64,000 nt of DNA from an uncultured Bacilli bacterium (GTDB lineage: Bacteria > Bacillota_I > Bacilli_A > RF39 > UBA660): the NCBI GenBank assembly GCA_947598485.1, contig CANQFJ010000002.1, forward strand, positions 12,065-76,064, read 5' to 3'. The position numbers and the translations under genes were made by a program. The notes under the pieces were generated by a model, which was not told the origin of the DNA, searched no databases, and was given only the letters and a program-made list of their open reading frames with translations. Below, piece after piece: positions 8,192 through 17,025 of the stretch. How positions within the stretch are numbered: the first letter of the stretch is position 1; each line of letters starts with the position of its first letter.

Positions 8192-8916
8192 TGGCTAAAA
8201 AAGAAGAAAAAGTACTTGGCTTCAAAGTATGCACTTTAGAATATAACAAATTATTAACAAATATTAAAAAAGATTTAACTAATAATAAGAGTAATATAAT
8301 TTACAATATTAATCCTTTGATTGTAATGAATTTTTATAAAAATGAACTGATAAAAGAAAAATTTAATGAGCAAAAATATAATATTCCCGATGGGATAGGA
8401 ACTGTTTTAGCTTTAAAAATACATGGAATCAAAATACCATCTCGTATAGCAGGCATAGATTTATTTCAAGATTTTTTAAATGTCGCTGCAAAAGATAAGT
8501 ATAAAGTATACTTGTATGGAGCTAAAAAAGAAGTTGTAACAAAGGCTAAAGAAAATATTGAAAAACAATATAAAGGCATCAATATTGTAGGTATTACAAG
8601 CGGTTATGAAAGGGAAGATAAAGCTTTAGCTAATATTATAAAAACAAAGCCCGATATGCTTTTTGTCGCCACAGGAAGTCCAAAACAGGAAGAATTTATT
8701 ATAAATAATGAGGATAAGCTAAAAGATATTAGATTAATTATGCCTGTAGGCGGGTCCTTTGATGTTATAAGTGGTTACACTAAAAGAGCGCCAAAAGTAT
8801 GGCAAAAACTTAAATTAGAATGGCTTTATCGCATGATTAAAGAGCCGAAAAGAATAAAAAATAATTTAAACTTATTTAAGTTTATGTATTTAGTAGTATT
8901 TAAAAATAATAAATAA
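8191..8916 (+). CDS. tagA: WecB/TagA/CpsF-family (GT26) N-acetylmannosaminyltransferase
   Basis: The GT26 core includes YLYGAKKEVVTKA...MLFVATGSPKQEEFI. Its start codon overlaps the tagO stop (TAATG), which suggests an operon. Confidence 0.8.
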   Translation: MAKKEEKVLGFKVCTLEYNKLLTNIKKDLTNNKSNIIYNINPLIVMNFYKNELIKEKFNEQKYNIPDGIGTVLALKIHGIKIPSRIAGIDLFQDFLNVAAKDKYKVYLYGAKKEVVTKAKENIEKQYKGINIVGITSGYEREDKALANIIKTKPDMLFVATGSPKQEEFIINNEDKLKDIRLIMPVGGSFDVISGYTKRAPKVWQKLKLEWLYRMIKEPKRIKNNLNLFKFMYLVVFKNNK

Positions 8917-8947
8917 GTCCTTTAAATTTCGTGATAGTTAAAAAAGG
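8915..8947 (+). repeat. Single copy of the roughly 33-bp motif AAGTCCTTT(A/G)AATTTCGTGA...GTTAAAAA, just upstream of the Panacea-domain gene
   Basis: The same motif recurs as three tandem copies at 9927-10020, upstream of the next gene. Confidence 0.6.
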
Positions 8948-8958
8948 AGAGTGATAAA

Positions 8959-9444
8959 ATGTTAACTGCAAAGGAAATTGCCGAATATTTTCTTGCCAAA
9001 GATCCTGAAAGAAAATTATTTAATTATAATGTTGTTTCATATAATGGCCGAAAATTTTACGAAGGTAACGCTAGAATAAATAAATATTTATTTTTAGCTC
9101 AAGTAGTACACTTAGCTAAATATGACTCAAAATTGTTTCAAGACGATTTTGCCTTTTATGATAATGGTCCTGTAATTGAAACTATAATGAATTCTTATTC
9201 TAATTTATGCGGTAATGCTACTAATGGAAATATTAATAAAAAAGAAAAAGATTTTTTGGATAAAATATATTTTTCTTTGGAAAATGCTACGTATGAAGAA
9301 CTAATTGATATCACTCATGAAGATCCAGAATGGATCAGATTAAACAAAAATACAAAATATTCTCCTGTTATGAAAATTGAAAATAATATTATGGAATATA
9401 AAAGAAGGTACAAAGGACTAATTGAAGCTTTAAAGCTAGTATAA
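8959..9444 (+). CDS. Panacea-domain (DUF4065, SocA-like) protein
   Basis: NKYLFLAQVVHLAKYDSKLFQDDFAFYDNGPVIETIMNSY matches the core of DUF4065 (KLxKLLYxAQ...LF...FxAW..GPV). It is a 161-aa cytoplasmic protein. Confidence 0.5.
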   Translation: MLTAKEIAEYFLAKDPERKLFNYNVVSYNGRKFYEGNARINKYLFLAQVVHLAKYDSKLFQDDFAFYDNGPVIETIMNSYSNLCGNATNGNINKKEKDFLDKIYFSLENATYEELIDITHEDPEWIRLNKNTKYSPVMKIENNIMEYKRRYKGLIEALKLV

Positions 9445-9926
9445 AAGCCTAAGTACCTTTTTTTAATCTCCTGAAATAAAAAAACCTAGGGCTTCAAAAA
9501 TTTCCTAGGCACTACTTGATACATGAATATCCAATGTTTATAAATTAAATCAATAATTTTTTTATTTATTGTAGCTTAATGTTATCCAAAAAGATAGCAC
9601 TACCCGAGCTTACAAGTACTAATATCGCATTACTTGTTAATCTTCCCAGTTGGGGTTTTGGCAAGACGTTATTACGAAAGCGAGATAGATTATGAAAATA
9701 AATCTTATTACTGTTAGTAATTATAATAATGATTATTTACATTCTTAAAAGAATTGTTGATATCACCAAAAAAATACTAGGTCTTTAAACCATAGCACCA
9801 ACCAAAAGGCAAATGCTATCTTTAGTAGAATAACACTACATTTATAGTATATGATATTTTACTCTAAATTACAATTGACATTTTACAATAGTGGGTAATT
9901 TTTTGGTAAATGTCATTGCCTTATTA

Positions 9927-10020
9927 AAAGTCCTTTGAATTTCGTGAAAAAGTAGTTAAAAAGTGCTTCGAATTTCGTGAAAAAATAGTCAAAAAGTCCT
10001 TTGAATTTCGTGAAATTTAT
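9927..10020 (+). repeat. Three tandem direct repeats of 31-34 bp (core GTCCTTTGAATTTCGTGAAA) upstream of the AAA+ ATPase gene
   Basis: Units begin near 9927, 9962 and 9995. A single copy lies at 8915-8947. Confidence 0.7.
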
Positions 10021-10068
10021 TGATTTCAAGCTAAAAAAATGGTATCCTTATTCATAAGGAGAATACCT

Positions 10069-11379
10069 ATGAAAAGAAAAATTTATAACGATTTATTAAA
10101 ATGGAAAGAAGAAATTCATGCTAAACCATTAATTATGCTTGGTGTAAGACAATGTGGTAAAACTCATATTATTAATGAGTTTTGTCAAAATGAATATCAA
10201 AATTATATTTATGTTAATTTAATTAAAAGAAATGATATTATTGATTTATATGATTCTGTTTTATCTTCGGATGAAAAATTTAATAGATTAAAGGTATTAT
10301 TAGACTTTGATATTGAAAAGGATAATACTATTTTATTTATTGATGAAATTCAAGAATCAGAAAAAATAATTACTGAACTTAAGTATTTTTGGGAGGATCA
10401 TCCAAAATTACGTGTTATTTGCGCTGGTTCGCTTCTCGGTGTTAGGCTAAAAAGATTTAAATCTTCTTTTCCTGTTGGAAAAATCACTTTTTCTTATTTA
10501 TATCCTATGGATTTTGAAGAATTTCTTTGGGCAAATAACGAAGAACTTTTAATTGACGTTATTAAAGATGGTTATGATAATAATAGAGCTTTAGGCAAAG
10601 CACTACATAATAAGGCTTTAAAATATTACTATATGTATTTAATGTCTGGGGGAATGCCTGAAAGCGTTAAAAAAATTATTGCTACTAAAGGAGATTATAT
10701 TAAATACGATAATAGTGTTTTAAATGACATATTATCTTCTTATTTTGATGATATGAGAAGATATGTTACTAATGATGCCGAATCTTTAAAAGTACAAAGA
10801 ATTTATAATTCTTTACCATCGCAATTAAATAATTTATCTAGTAAATTCCAATATTCTTTAGTTGATAAAGATGCTCGGTCTAGAGATTATGCAACAGCTT
10901 TAGATTGGCTTGAAGCTAGTAATTTAGTTTTAAGGGCTAAAATGGCAAAAAGGGCGGAAATTCCTTTGGAAGGTTTTATAGATGTAGATACATTCAAACT
11001 TTTCTTAAGTGATGTTGGAATATTAAACACTTTATTAAAAATATCTCCTATGGATATTATTAAAGATAATATTTCTTTGTATAAAGGAATTATAACCGAA
11101 AATTTTGTTGCTAATCAGTTAGTATGTAATAATTTTTCTTTATATTATTGGAAAAATGATGCCACAGCGGAAATTGATTTTCTTTTATATACTAGAGATG
11201 GTATTATTCCTTTAGAAGTTAAAGCCAGAGAAAATACGCAATCTAAAAGTTTAAATATTTATAGGGAAATATATCATCCTAAATATTCAATAAGATTAAG
11301 TACTAAAGATTTCGCTTATGATCCTAAAAAACAAATTAAATCTGTTCCTTTATATGCTGTTTTTCTTATTAAACCATAA
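10069..11379 (+). CDS. AAA+ ATPase of the COG1373 family (AAA_14 domain plus DUF4143); the DUF4143 C-terminus carries a PD-(D/E)XK-like motif
   Basis: The Walker A motif is GVRQCGKTH and the Walker B motif is ILFIDEIQ. The C-terminal motif EIDFLLY...IPLEVKA fits a D...E-x-K nuclease signature. The RBS AAGGAG lies 7 nt before the ATG at 10069; the ATG at 10039 given in the ORF track is unlikely to be the real start. Confidence 0.7.
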   Translation: MKRKIYNDLLKWKEEIHAKPLIMLGVRQCGKTHIINEFCQNEYQNYIYVNLIKRNDIIDLYDSVLSSDEKFNRLKVLLDFDIEKDNTILFIDEIQESEKIITELKYFWEDHPKLRVICAGSLLGVRLKRFKSSFPVGKITFSYLYPMDFEEFLWANNEELLIDVIKDGYDNNRALGKALHNKALKYYYMYLMSGGMPESVKKIIATKGDYIKYDNSVLNDILSSYFDDMRRYVTNDAESLKVQRIYNSLPSQLNNLSSKFQYSLVDKDARSRDYATALDWLEASNLVLRAKMAKRAEIPLEGFIDVDTFKLFLSDVGILNTLLKISPMDIIKDNISLYKGIITENFVANQLVCNNFSLYYWKNDATAEIDFLLYTRDGIIPLEVKARENTQSKSLNIYREIYHPKYSIRLSTKDFAYDPKKQIKSVPLYAVFLIKP

Positions 11380-11395
11380 TAGTATTAAAGTTAGT

Positions 11396-11421
11396 TAGAG
11401 CCTATCTCTAGCTTTTTATTT
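11396..11421 (+). terminator. Weak terminator-like hairpin (TAGAG-CCTAT-CTCTA followed by GCTTTTTATTT) after the ATPase gene
   Basis: A short AT-rich stem is followed by a T-rich tract. Confidence 0.3.
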
Positions 11422-11536
11422 GGCTAGAAACCTAGGATTTTTGGCCGTTATAATTTAAAATTGTTTCTAAAATATTAATTATATGGTATATTTATATTGT
11501 GATTGTATAGGAAAAATATAATAGAGGAAGATGCAA

Positions 11537-12349
11537 ATGAAATTTTTCAAAAACATTTATTATAATATTATTAAGTATAAATTCTTATTATCGCAATTAG
11601 TAATAAGAGATTTTAAGATAAAATATAAAAGAAGCGTATTAGGAGTTTTATGGAGCCTATTGTATCCTCTTTTAATGATGGCGGTAATGGCATTAGTTTT
11701 CTCTCATATGTTTAAATTTAGTATGGAGGGCGTTAACTATTTAGTTTATTTAATGAGTGGCTTAGTAGTATTTAATTATTTTAGTGAAGCTACTAACTCG
11801 GCAATGACCTCAATAACGGGAAATTCTTCTTTGATAAATAAAGTATATATACCTAAGTATATTTTTCCTGTGGCTAAATGTTTATTCGTAGGAATTAATT
11901 TTGTTTTATCATTAATTCCTCTTTTGCTTATTATTTTAATATCTGGTGATGCTGCAGCTGGAACAAAATGCTATATTAATATTTATTATTTGTTACTACC
12001 TTTTATATATGTTTGCATGTTTATGTTTACTTTAGGAGTAAGCTACATTTTATCAACAATTGCCGTTTTCTTACGTGATATGATTTATATATGGGGTATC
12101 CTTCTTACTATTTTAAATTATTTTACTCCAATCTTTTATTCAATAACAATTCTTCCAACCTGGCTTCAAAACATATTTAAATTTAATCCTTTATATTTAT
12201 ATATAAATGCTACTAGAGAAATAGTTTTATTTTCTAGAATGCCAAGTCCATTATATTTACTTGCGTGCTTTTTATCAGGCTTTATAGTAATGATAATAGG
12301 TATGGCTGTATTTAGGAAGAAACAAAATAAGTTTATTTATTACTTATAG
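11537..12349 (+). CDS. tagG: ABC-2 family polysaccharide/teichoic-acid export permease (TagG/Wzm-like)
   Basis: Six TM helices typical of the ABC-2 family. The RBS GAGGAAG sits before the second ATG. Confidence 0.75.
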   Translation: MKFFKNIYYNIIKYKFLLSQLVIRDFKIKYKRSVLGVLWSLLYPLLMMAVMALVFSHMFKFSMEGVNYLVYLMSGLVVFNYFSEATNSAMTSITGNSSLINKVYIPKYIFPVAKCLFVGINFVLSLIPLLLIILISGDAAAGTKCYINIYYLLLPFIYVCMFMFTLGVSYILSTIAVFLRDMIYIWGILLTILNYFTPIFYSITILPTWLQNIFKFNPLYLYINATREIVLFSRMPSPLYLLACFLSGFIVMIIGMAVFRKKQNKFIYYL

Positions 12350-12358
12350 GAGATTACA

Positions 12359-13102
12359 ATGATAGATATAAAGAATGTAGGAATGAAATTTAATCTCGGT
12401 GTTGAAAAAGATAATTCTTTAAAAATGACCTTCATAAGGTTATTTGACCGGAAGAAAAGAATTAAAAAAAGTGATTTTTGGGCTTTAAAAGATGTAAGCT
12501 TTCACGTAGACCGTGGTGATGTTGTAGGTTTAATTGGCTCAAACGGTGCTGGTAAAAGTACCTTACTTAAAGTAGTAAGTGGCGTATTGAAGCCTACTGA
12601 AGGTAGTGTGGAAGTAGGAGGCGCTATATCACCTATGATTGAGCTTGGTGCAGGATTTGATGGTGATTTAACTGCTAGAGAAAATATTTTCTTAAATGGT
12701 GCTATCCTTGGTTATTCCAAAGAATTTTTACTTGAGAAGTTTGATGAAATAGTAGAATTTTCTGAATTAAGAGATTTCTTAGATGTACCAGTTAAAAACT
12801 TTTCTTCAGGAATGGTTGCCAAACTAGCATTTTCAATTTCAACTGTTGTTGATCCTGAAATACTAATAGTAGATGAAATTCTTTCCGTAGGAGATATTAA
12901 ATTTCAAGAAAAAAGTAAGAATAAGATGATGTCAATGATTAAGGGAGGAACAACAGTTTTATATGTTTCTCACTCACTTGAGTCAATTAAGGAGCTATGT
13001 AATAAAGTGGTGTGGCTTGATAAAGGAAAAATTGTTAAAATCGGTGATCCCATTGAGGTTTGTAATGAATATTATGATAAACAATTGAAGGGCAAAAGTT
13101 AG
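12359..13102 (+). CDS. tagH: Polysaccharide/teichoic-acid ABC exporter ATP-binding protein (TagH/Wzt-like)
   Basis: Walker A GSNGAGKST, ABC signature SSGMVAKLAF and Walker B ILIVDEIL. Confidence 0.8.
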   Translation: MIDIKNVGMKFNLGVEKDNSLKMTFIRLFDRKKRIKKSDFWALKDVSFHVDRGDVVGLIGSNGAGKSTLLKVVSGVLKPTEGSVEVGGAISPMIELGAGFDGDLTARENIFLNGAILGYSKEFLLEKFDEIVEFSELRDFLDVPVKNFSSGMVAKLAFSISTVVDPEILIVDEILSVGDIKFQEKSKNKMMSMIKGGTTVLYVSHSLESIKELCNKVVWLDKGKIVKIGDPIEVCNEYYDKQLKGKS

Positions 13103-13116
13103 ACAGGAGGTATAAA

Positions 13117-14094
13117 ATGGTTATAACAAAAACCCCATTTAGAATAAGTTTATGTGGAGGAGGAAGTGATTTACCCGCGTTTTATGAAAAAAATGGTGGC
13201 TGTGTAATTAGTACTACAATAAATAAGTACATGTATATTACATCTCATCCATCTTTCGATAAAGAGACAACGGTGTTAAAATACTCTAAGACTGAAACGG
13301 TTCATGATGTAAATGAAATAGAACATAATATTTTTAGAGAGTGCTTAAAACAGGAAAAAATGGAAGGATATGAAATTACCTCTATTGCTGATGTTCCTCA
13401 AGGAACTGGACTTGGATCTTCTAGTTCATTTACAGTAGGTTTAATTAAAAATTTAAAATGTCAAAAAAGAGAATATATTTCTGATGAAGAAGTTGCGCAA
13501 ATGGCTTGCCATATGGAAATAGATATTTTAAAAAATCCCATTGGTAAACAAGACCAATATGCTGCTGCTTATGGCGGACTTAACTATTATCAATTTAATA
13601 AAGATGGTTCTGTATTTGTCGAACCAATATTGATGAGTAAAGAAGCATTTAATCAACTGGAAAAAAATTTGATTATGCTTTATGTAGGTGGTGAGCATAG
13701 CGCATCAAAAATTCTAAAAGAACAATCTAAAAATATGGTTAATGCTAAAGATAAAGAAGAAGGCCAAAAAAAGATAGTAGAGCTTACTCATGAGCTTAAA
13801 TATGAACTTGAACATAATAATATTGATGCTGTAGGTAAAGCTTTACACGAAAATTGGCTAATCAAAAAAACTTTAGCATCAGGCATATCTAATCCAAAAT
13901 TTGATGAGTGGTATGACCTAGCTTTAAAAAATGGTGCTATGGGAGGCAAAATTCTTGGAGCAGGAGGAAGTGGCTTCTTCTTATTCTATGTTCCTGAAAA
14001 AAATCAAGCAAAATTTAGAAAAGCTATGCATGAATTACCAGAAATGGAATTCAAATTTGATCACCAAGGAACAACAGTTATATTTGTAAATTAA
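13117..14094 (+). CDS. hddA: GHMP-family sugar kinase, probably D-glycero-alpha-D-manno-heptose 7-phosphate kinase (HddA)
   Basis: It contains FRISLCGGGSDLP and the GHMP ATP-binding motif PQGTGLGSSSS. Three other heptose-pathway genes (a hddC-gmhB fusion and gmhA) lie in the same cluster. Confidence 0.6.
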   Translation: MVITKTPFRISLCGGGSDLPAFYEKNGGCVISTTINKYMYITSHPSFDKETTVLKYSKTETVHDVNEIEHNIFRECLKQEKMEGYEITSIADVPQGTGLGSSSSFTVGLIKNLKCQKREYISDEEVAQMACHMEIDILKNPIGKQDQYAAAYGGLNYYQFNKDGSVFVEPILMSKEAFNQLEKNLIMLYVGGEHSASKILKEQSKNMVNAKDKEEGQKKIVELTHELKYELEHNNIDAVGKALHENWLIKKTLASGISNPKFDEWYDLALKNGAMGGKILGAGGSGFFLFYVPEKNQAKFRKAMHELPEMEFKFDHQGTTVIFVN

Positions 14095-14104
14095 GGAGGT
14101 TTAA

Positions 14105-15049
14105 ATGAAAATATTAGTAACTGGGGGAGCAGGATTTATTGGTACTCATTTAGTAAGAGAATTATTAAATAGAAAAAATGAAGTAGTTGTTGTAGATAAC
14201 TTTACTTTAGGACATCAAGAAAATGTCGATTGCTTTAAAGATAATAGCAATTATAAATTTTATAATATCGATATAGCTAAAACTGAAGAATTTTGCGATA
14301 AGCTAAAAGATGAAAAGTTTGATATAGTTTATCATTTAGCAGCTAATTCGGATATTCAAAAAGGTGGTAGAAATCCTGAAGTAGATTATAATGATACTTT
14401 TATGACTACCAGAAGCGTTTTAGAACTAATGCGTAGAAATGGGTGCAAAAATCTATTCTTTTCTTCAACATCTGCTGTATATGGAGAGAAAACGGAATTA
14501 TTAACAGAAACAGCTGGCGATTTAAAGCCAATATCTTATTATGGTGCTGCTAAACTTGCTAGTGAGAGTTTTATTGACTCTTATACATATATGAATGATT
14601 TTAATACTGTTATTTTTAGATTTCCTAATGTCATAGGACCAAACTTGACTCATGGGGTAATATATGATTTTACGAGAAAACTACAAAATAATCCAAATGA
14701 ATTAGAAATTTTAGGAGATGGCAGTCAAACTAAACCTTATATATATGTTTTAGATTTAATTGATGCTATTATTAAATTTACTTTAGAAATACCTATGAAA
14801 CAAGGAATTGAAATTTACAATGCTGGTGTAGAAACTGCTACTAATGTAACTACTATTGCAAATATAGTATGTGAAGAATTAGGCTATAAAAATGTTAAAT
14901 ATAACTATACCGGAGGAAATGTAGGCTGGAAAGGCGATGTTCCTAAGTTCCAATATGATTTAACAAAAATTCATAATGCTGGATGGACTGCAAGTAAAAC
15001 AAGTGATGAAGCGGTTAGAGAAACAGTAAGATATATTAAGGAACATTAA
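14105..15049 (+). CDS. NAD-dependent sugar-nucleotide epimerase/dehydratase (extended SDR family), possibly modifying GDP-heptose
   Basis: The Rossmann motif is GGAGFIGTHL and the catalytic YGAAK (YxxxK) is present. It is embedded in the heptose gene set. Confidence 0.7.
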   Translation: MKILVTGGAGFIGTHLVRELLNRKNEVVVVDNFTLGHQENVDCFKDNSNYKFYNIDIAKTEEFCDKLKDEKFDIVYHLAANSDIQKGGRNPEVDYNDTFMTTRSVLELMRRNGCKNLFFSSTSAVYGEKTELLTETAGDLKPISYYGAAKLASESFIDSYTYMNDFNTVIFRFPNVIGPNLTHGVIYDFTRKLQNNPNELEILGDGSQTKPYIYVLDLIDAIIKFTLEIPMKQGIEIYNAGVETATNVTTIANIVCEELGYKNVKYNYTGGNVGWKGDVPKFQYDLTKIHNAGWTASKTSDEAVRETVRYIKEH

Positions 15050-15050
15050 A

Positions 15051-16382
15051 ATGAAAGCAGTTATAATGGCAGGGGGAAAGGGGACTAGAATATCCTCTAT
15101 CACCCAAGATGAAATACCAAAGCCTATGCTTACCGTTGGGGGTAAACCCATCTTAGAACATCAAATAGAATGTTTGAAAAAATCTGGTGTTGATGAAGTT
15201 ATTATCGTAACCGGCCATTTAGGTGAAAAAATTAAAGAATATTTTAAAGATGGTAGTACTTTAGGTGTTAATATAAGCTACTATGAAGAAGATCCTGATA
15301 AGCCTTTAGGAACCGCAGGTTCACTATATTATTTAAAAGATAGAATCCAAGATGATTTTATCTTGATATTTGGTGATGTTTTCTTAAGTGTTGACTTTGC
15401 TAGAATGATGGCATTTCATAAAGCTAACGCTTCAGATGCGACACTTTTAACCCATCCTAATTCTCATCCATTTGATAGTGATTTAATAATAACTGATCAT
15501 AATGAAGTTGTAGCATTTGATTCTAAAGAAAATGTTAGAGATTATGATTATAATAATTTAGTTAATTCAGGAATATATATTTTTTCCCCAAGAATATTTA
15601 CTTATCTTACAGAACCTAGAAAATATGGCTTAGAAAAAGATGTAATAGCAAAAATGCTTGGCAAAGATAGAGTGTTTTCTTATCATTCTACTGAGTATGT
15701 AAAAGATATGGGAACTCCTGAAAGATATGAAAGTGTTAATAATGATTATGCCAATGGCTTATGTGAAGCTAGAAATTTAGAAAGAAAACAAAAAGCAATT
15801 TTCTTAGATCGCGATGGCACTATAAATGTACTTAAAGGTTTTTTAACAAGAAAAGAAGACTTTGAGCTAATACCTGGGGTAAGTGAAGCTATCAAAATGA
15901 TTAATGCTTCAGAATATTTGTGTATTGTTATAACTAATCAGCCTATTATTGCAAGAGGTGATAGTACAGTGCAAAACTTAGATGATATTCATCGTCATAT
16001 GGAAACCTTACTTGGAAAAGAAGGAGCGTATATAGATGGGTTATATTATTGTCCTCATCATCCTGATAAAGGGTTTGCTGGCGAAGTTCCCGAACTAAAA
16101 ATTGTATGTGATTGCCGTAAGCCAAAAATAGGGATGCTATTAAAGGCTGCTGAAGATTATAATATTGGTTTAGCAGAGTCTATAGTAATTGGAGATTCGA
16201 CTTTAGATATAAAAATGGCAGAAAATGCCGGAATAAAAAGTATACTCGTTAAAACGGGAGAAGCAGGCTTAGATGGTAAATTTACTGTTGAGCCAACGGA
16301 ATGCGCAAATGATTTATTTGATGCCGTAAATAGTTTTTTAAATAAAAAAGAAAGAGGTAGAAGAATTGAAAAAAGAAATTGA
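15051..16382 (+). CDS. Bifunctional heptose-1-phosphate nucleotidyltransferase (HddC-like) fused to D,D-heptose 1,7-bisphosphate phosphatase (GmhB-like HAD)
   Basis: The N-terminus has the nucleotidyltransferase motif MKAVIMAGGKGTRI. The C-terminus has the HAD motif I FLDRDGTIN and the GmhB Zn-binding signature CPHHP...CDCRKPK. Confidence 0.75.
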   Translation: MKAVIMAGGKGTRISSITQDEIPKPMLTVGGKPILEHQIECLKKSGVDEVIIVTGHLGEKIKEYFKDGSTLGVNISYYEEDPDKPLGTAGSLYYLKDRIQDDFILIFGDVFLSVDFARMMAFHKANASDATLLTHPNSHPFDSDLIITDHNEVVAFDSKENVRDYDYNNLVNSGIYIFSPRIFTYLTEPRKYGLEKDVIAKMLGKDRVFSYHSTEYVKDMGTPERYESVNNDYANGLCEARNLERKQKAIFLDRDGTINVLKGFLTRKEDFELIPGVSEAIKMINASEYLCIVITNQPIIARGDSTVQNLDDIHRHMETLLGKEGAYIDGLYYCPHHPDKGFAGEVPELKIVCDCRKPKIGMLLKAAEDYNIGLAESIVIGDSTLDIKMAENAGIKSILVKTGEAGLDGKFTVEPTECANDLFDAVNSFLNKKERGRRIEKRN

Positions 16383-16986
16383 TTTTAAAAAGGCTATAAA
16401 AGAATATTATGACAGAGAAATTAAATGTATTGAAAGATTTAATTTAGACGAACTAAATGAAGCTATGAATGCCATTTTAGATACTTATAATAATGGTGGT
16501 ATGATTTATGTATGCGGAAATGGTGGCTCTGCTTCCACAGCATCACATATGCAAAATGACTTTAATAAGGGTATTTCTGAATATGTTGAAAAGAAATTTA
16601 ATTTCTATTGTTTAAGTGATAATGTTTCAACTATGATGGCAGTTGCTAATGACATTGGATATGAAGAAATATTTAGATTCCCTTTAAAAAATAAAATAAC
16701 ATCAAAAGATTTATTCATAGGTATATCAGGAAGTGGTAATTCTAAGAATGTTTTAAATGCCGCAGAATATGCTCATGAATGTGGTGCTAAAGTACTAGGA
16801 ATTACAGGATACTCTGGTGGTAAACTAAAAGAAATGGCTGATTATAAAATGCATGTTGATGAAATGGATATGCAAATAGCTGAAGATTTGCATATGACTT
16901 TTGATCATATGATGATGAAGATATTTTCTAATTATTTAATCAATAACGAAATAACGGGAAATAATATTAAAGATAGTCATTGCTAA
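16366..16986 (+). CDS. gmhA: SIS-domain sedoheptulose-7-phosphate isomerase (GmhA)
   Basis: The SIS signature is GNGGSASTASHMQNDF. It starts at a TTG codon with GAGGT 7 nt upstream and overlaps the 3' end of the previous gene. Confidence 0.7.
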   Translation: MKKEIDFKKAIKEYYDREIKCIERFNLDELNEAMNAILDTYNNGGMIYVCGNGGSASTASHMQNDFNKGISEYVEKKFNFYCLSDNVSTMMAVANDIGYEEIFRFPLKNKITSKDLFIGISGSGNSKNVLNAAEYAHECGAKVLGITGYSGGKLKEMADYKMHVDEMDMQIAEDLHMTFDHMMMKIFSNYLINNEITGNNIKDSHC

Positions 16987-17025
16987 AATTTTTTATAAAT
17001 AACTAAAAGTTGAGGAAGTGGAGTA

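Noticed and set aside
9485-9509. CCTAGG-N13-CCTAGG hairpin as the terminator of the Panacea gene
   Set aside because: The stem is short and no T-run follows, so it is not a convincing intrinsic terminator.
9585-9700. Possible tRNA or tmRNA-like structured RNA in the spacer after the Panacea gene
   Set aside because: No T-loop (GTTCRANNC) or D-loop signatures, and I could not find a cloverleaf.
10039-10068. Upstream ATG (10039) as the start of the AAA+ ATPase gene
   Set aside because: The AAGGAG RBS is positioned for the ATG at 10069. The extension MVSLFIRRIP is not part of the conserved N-terminus of this family (MKRKIY...).
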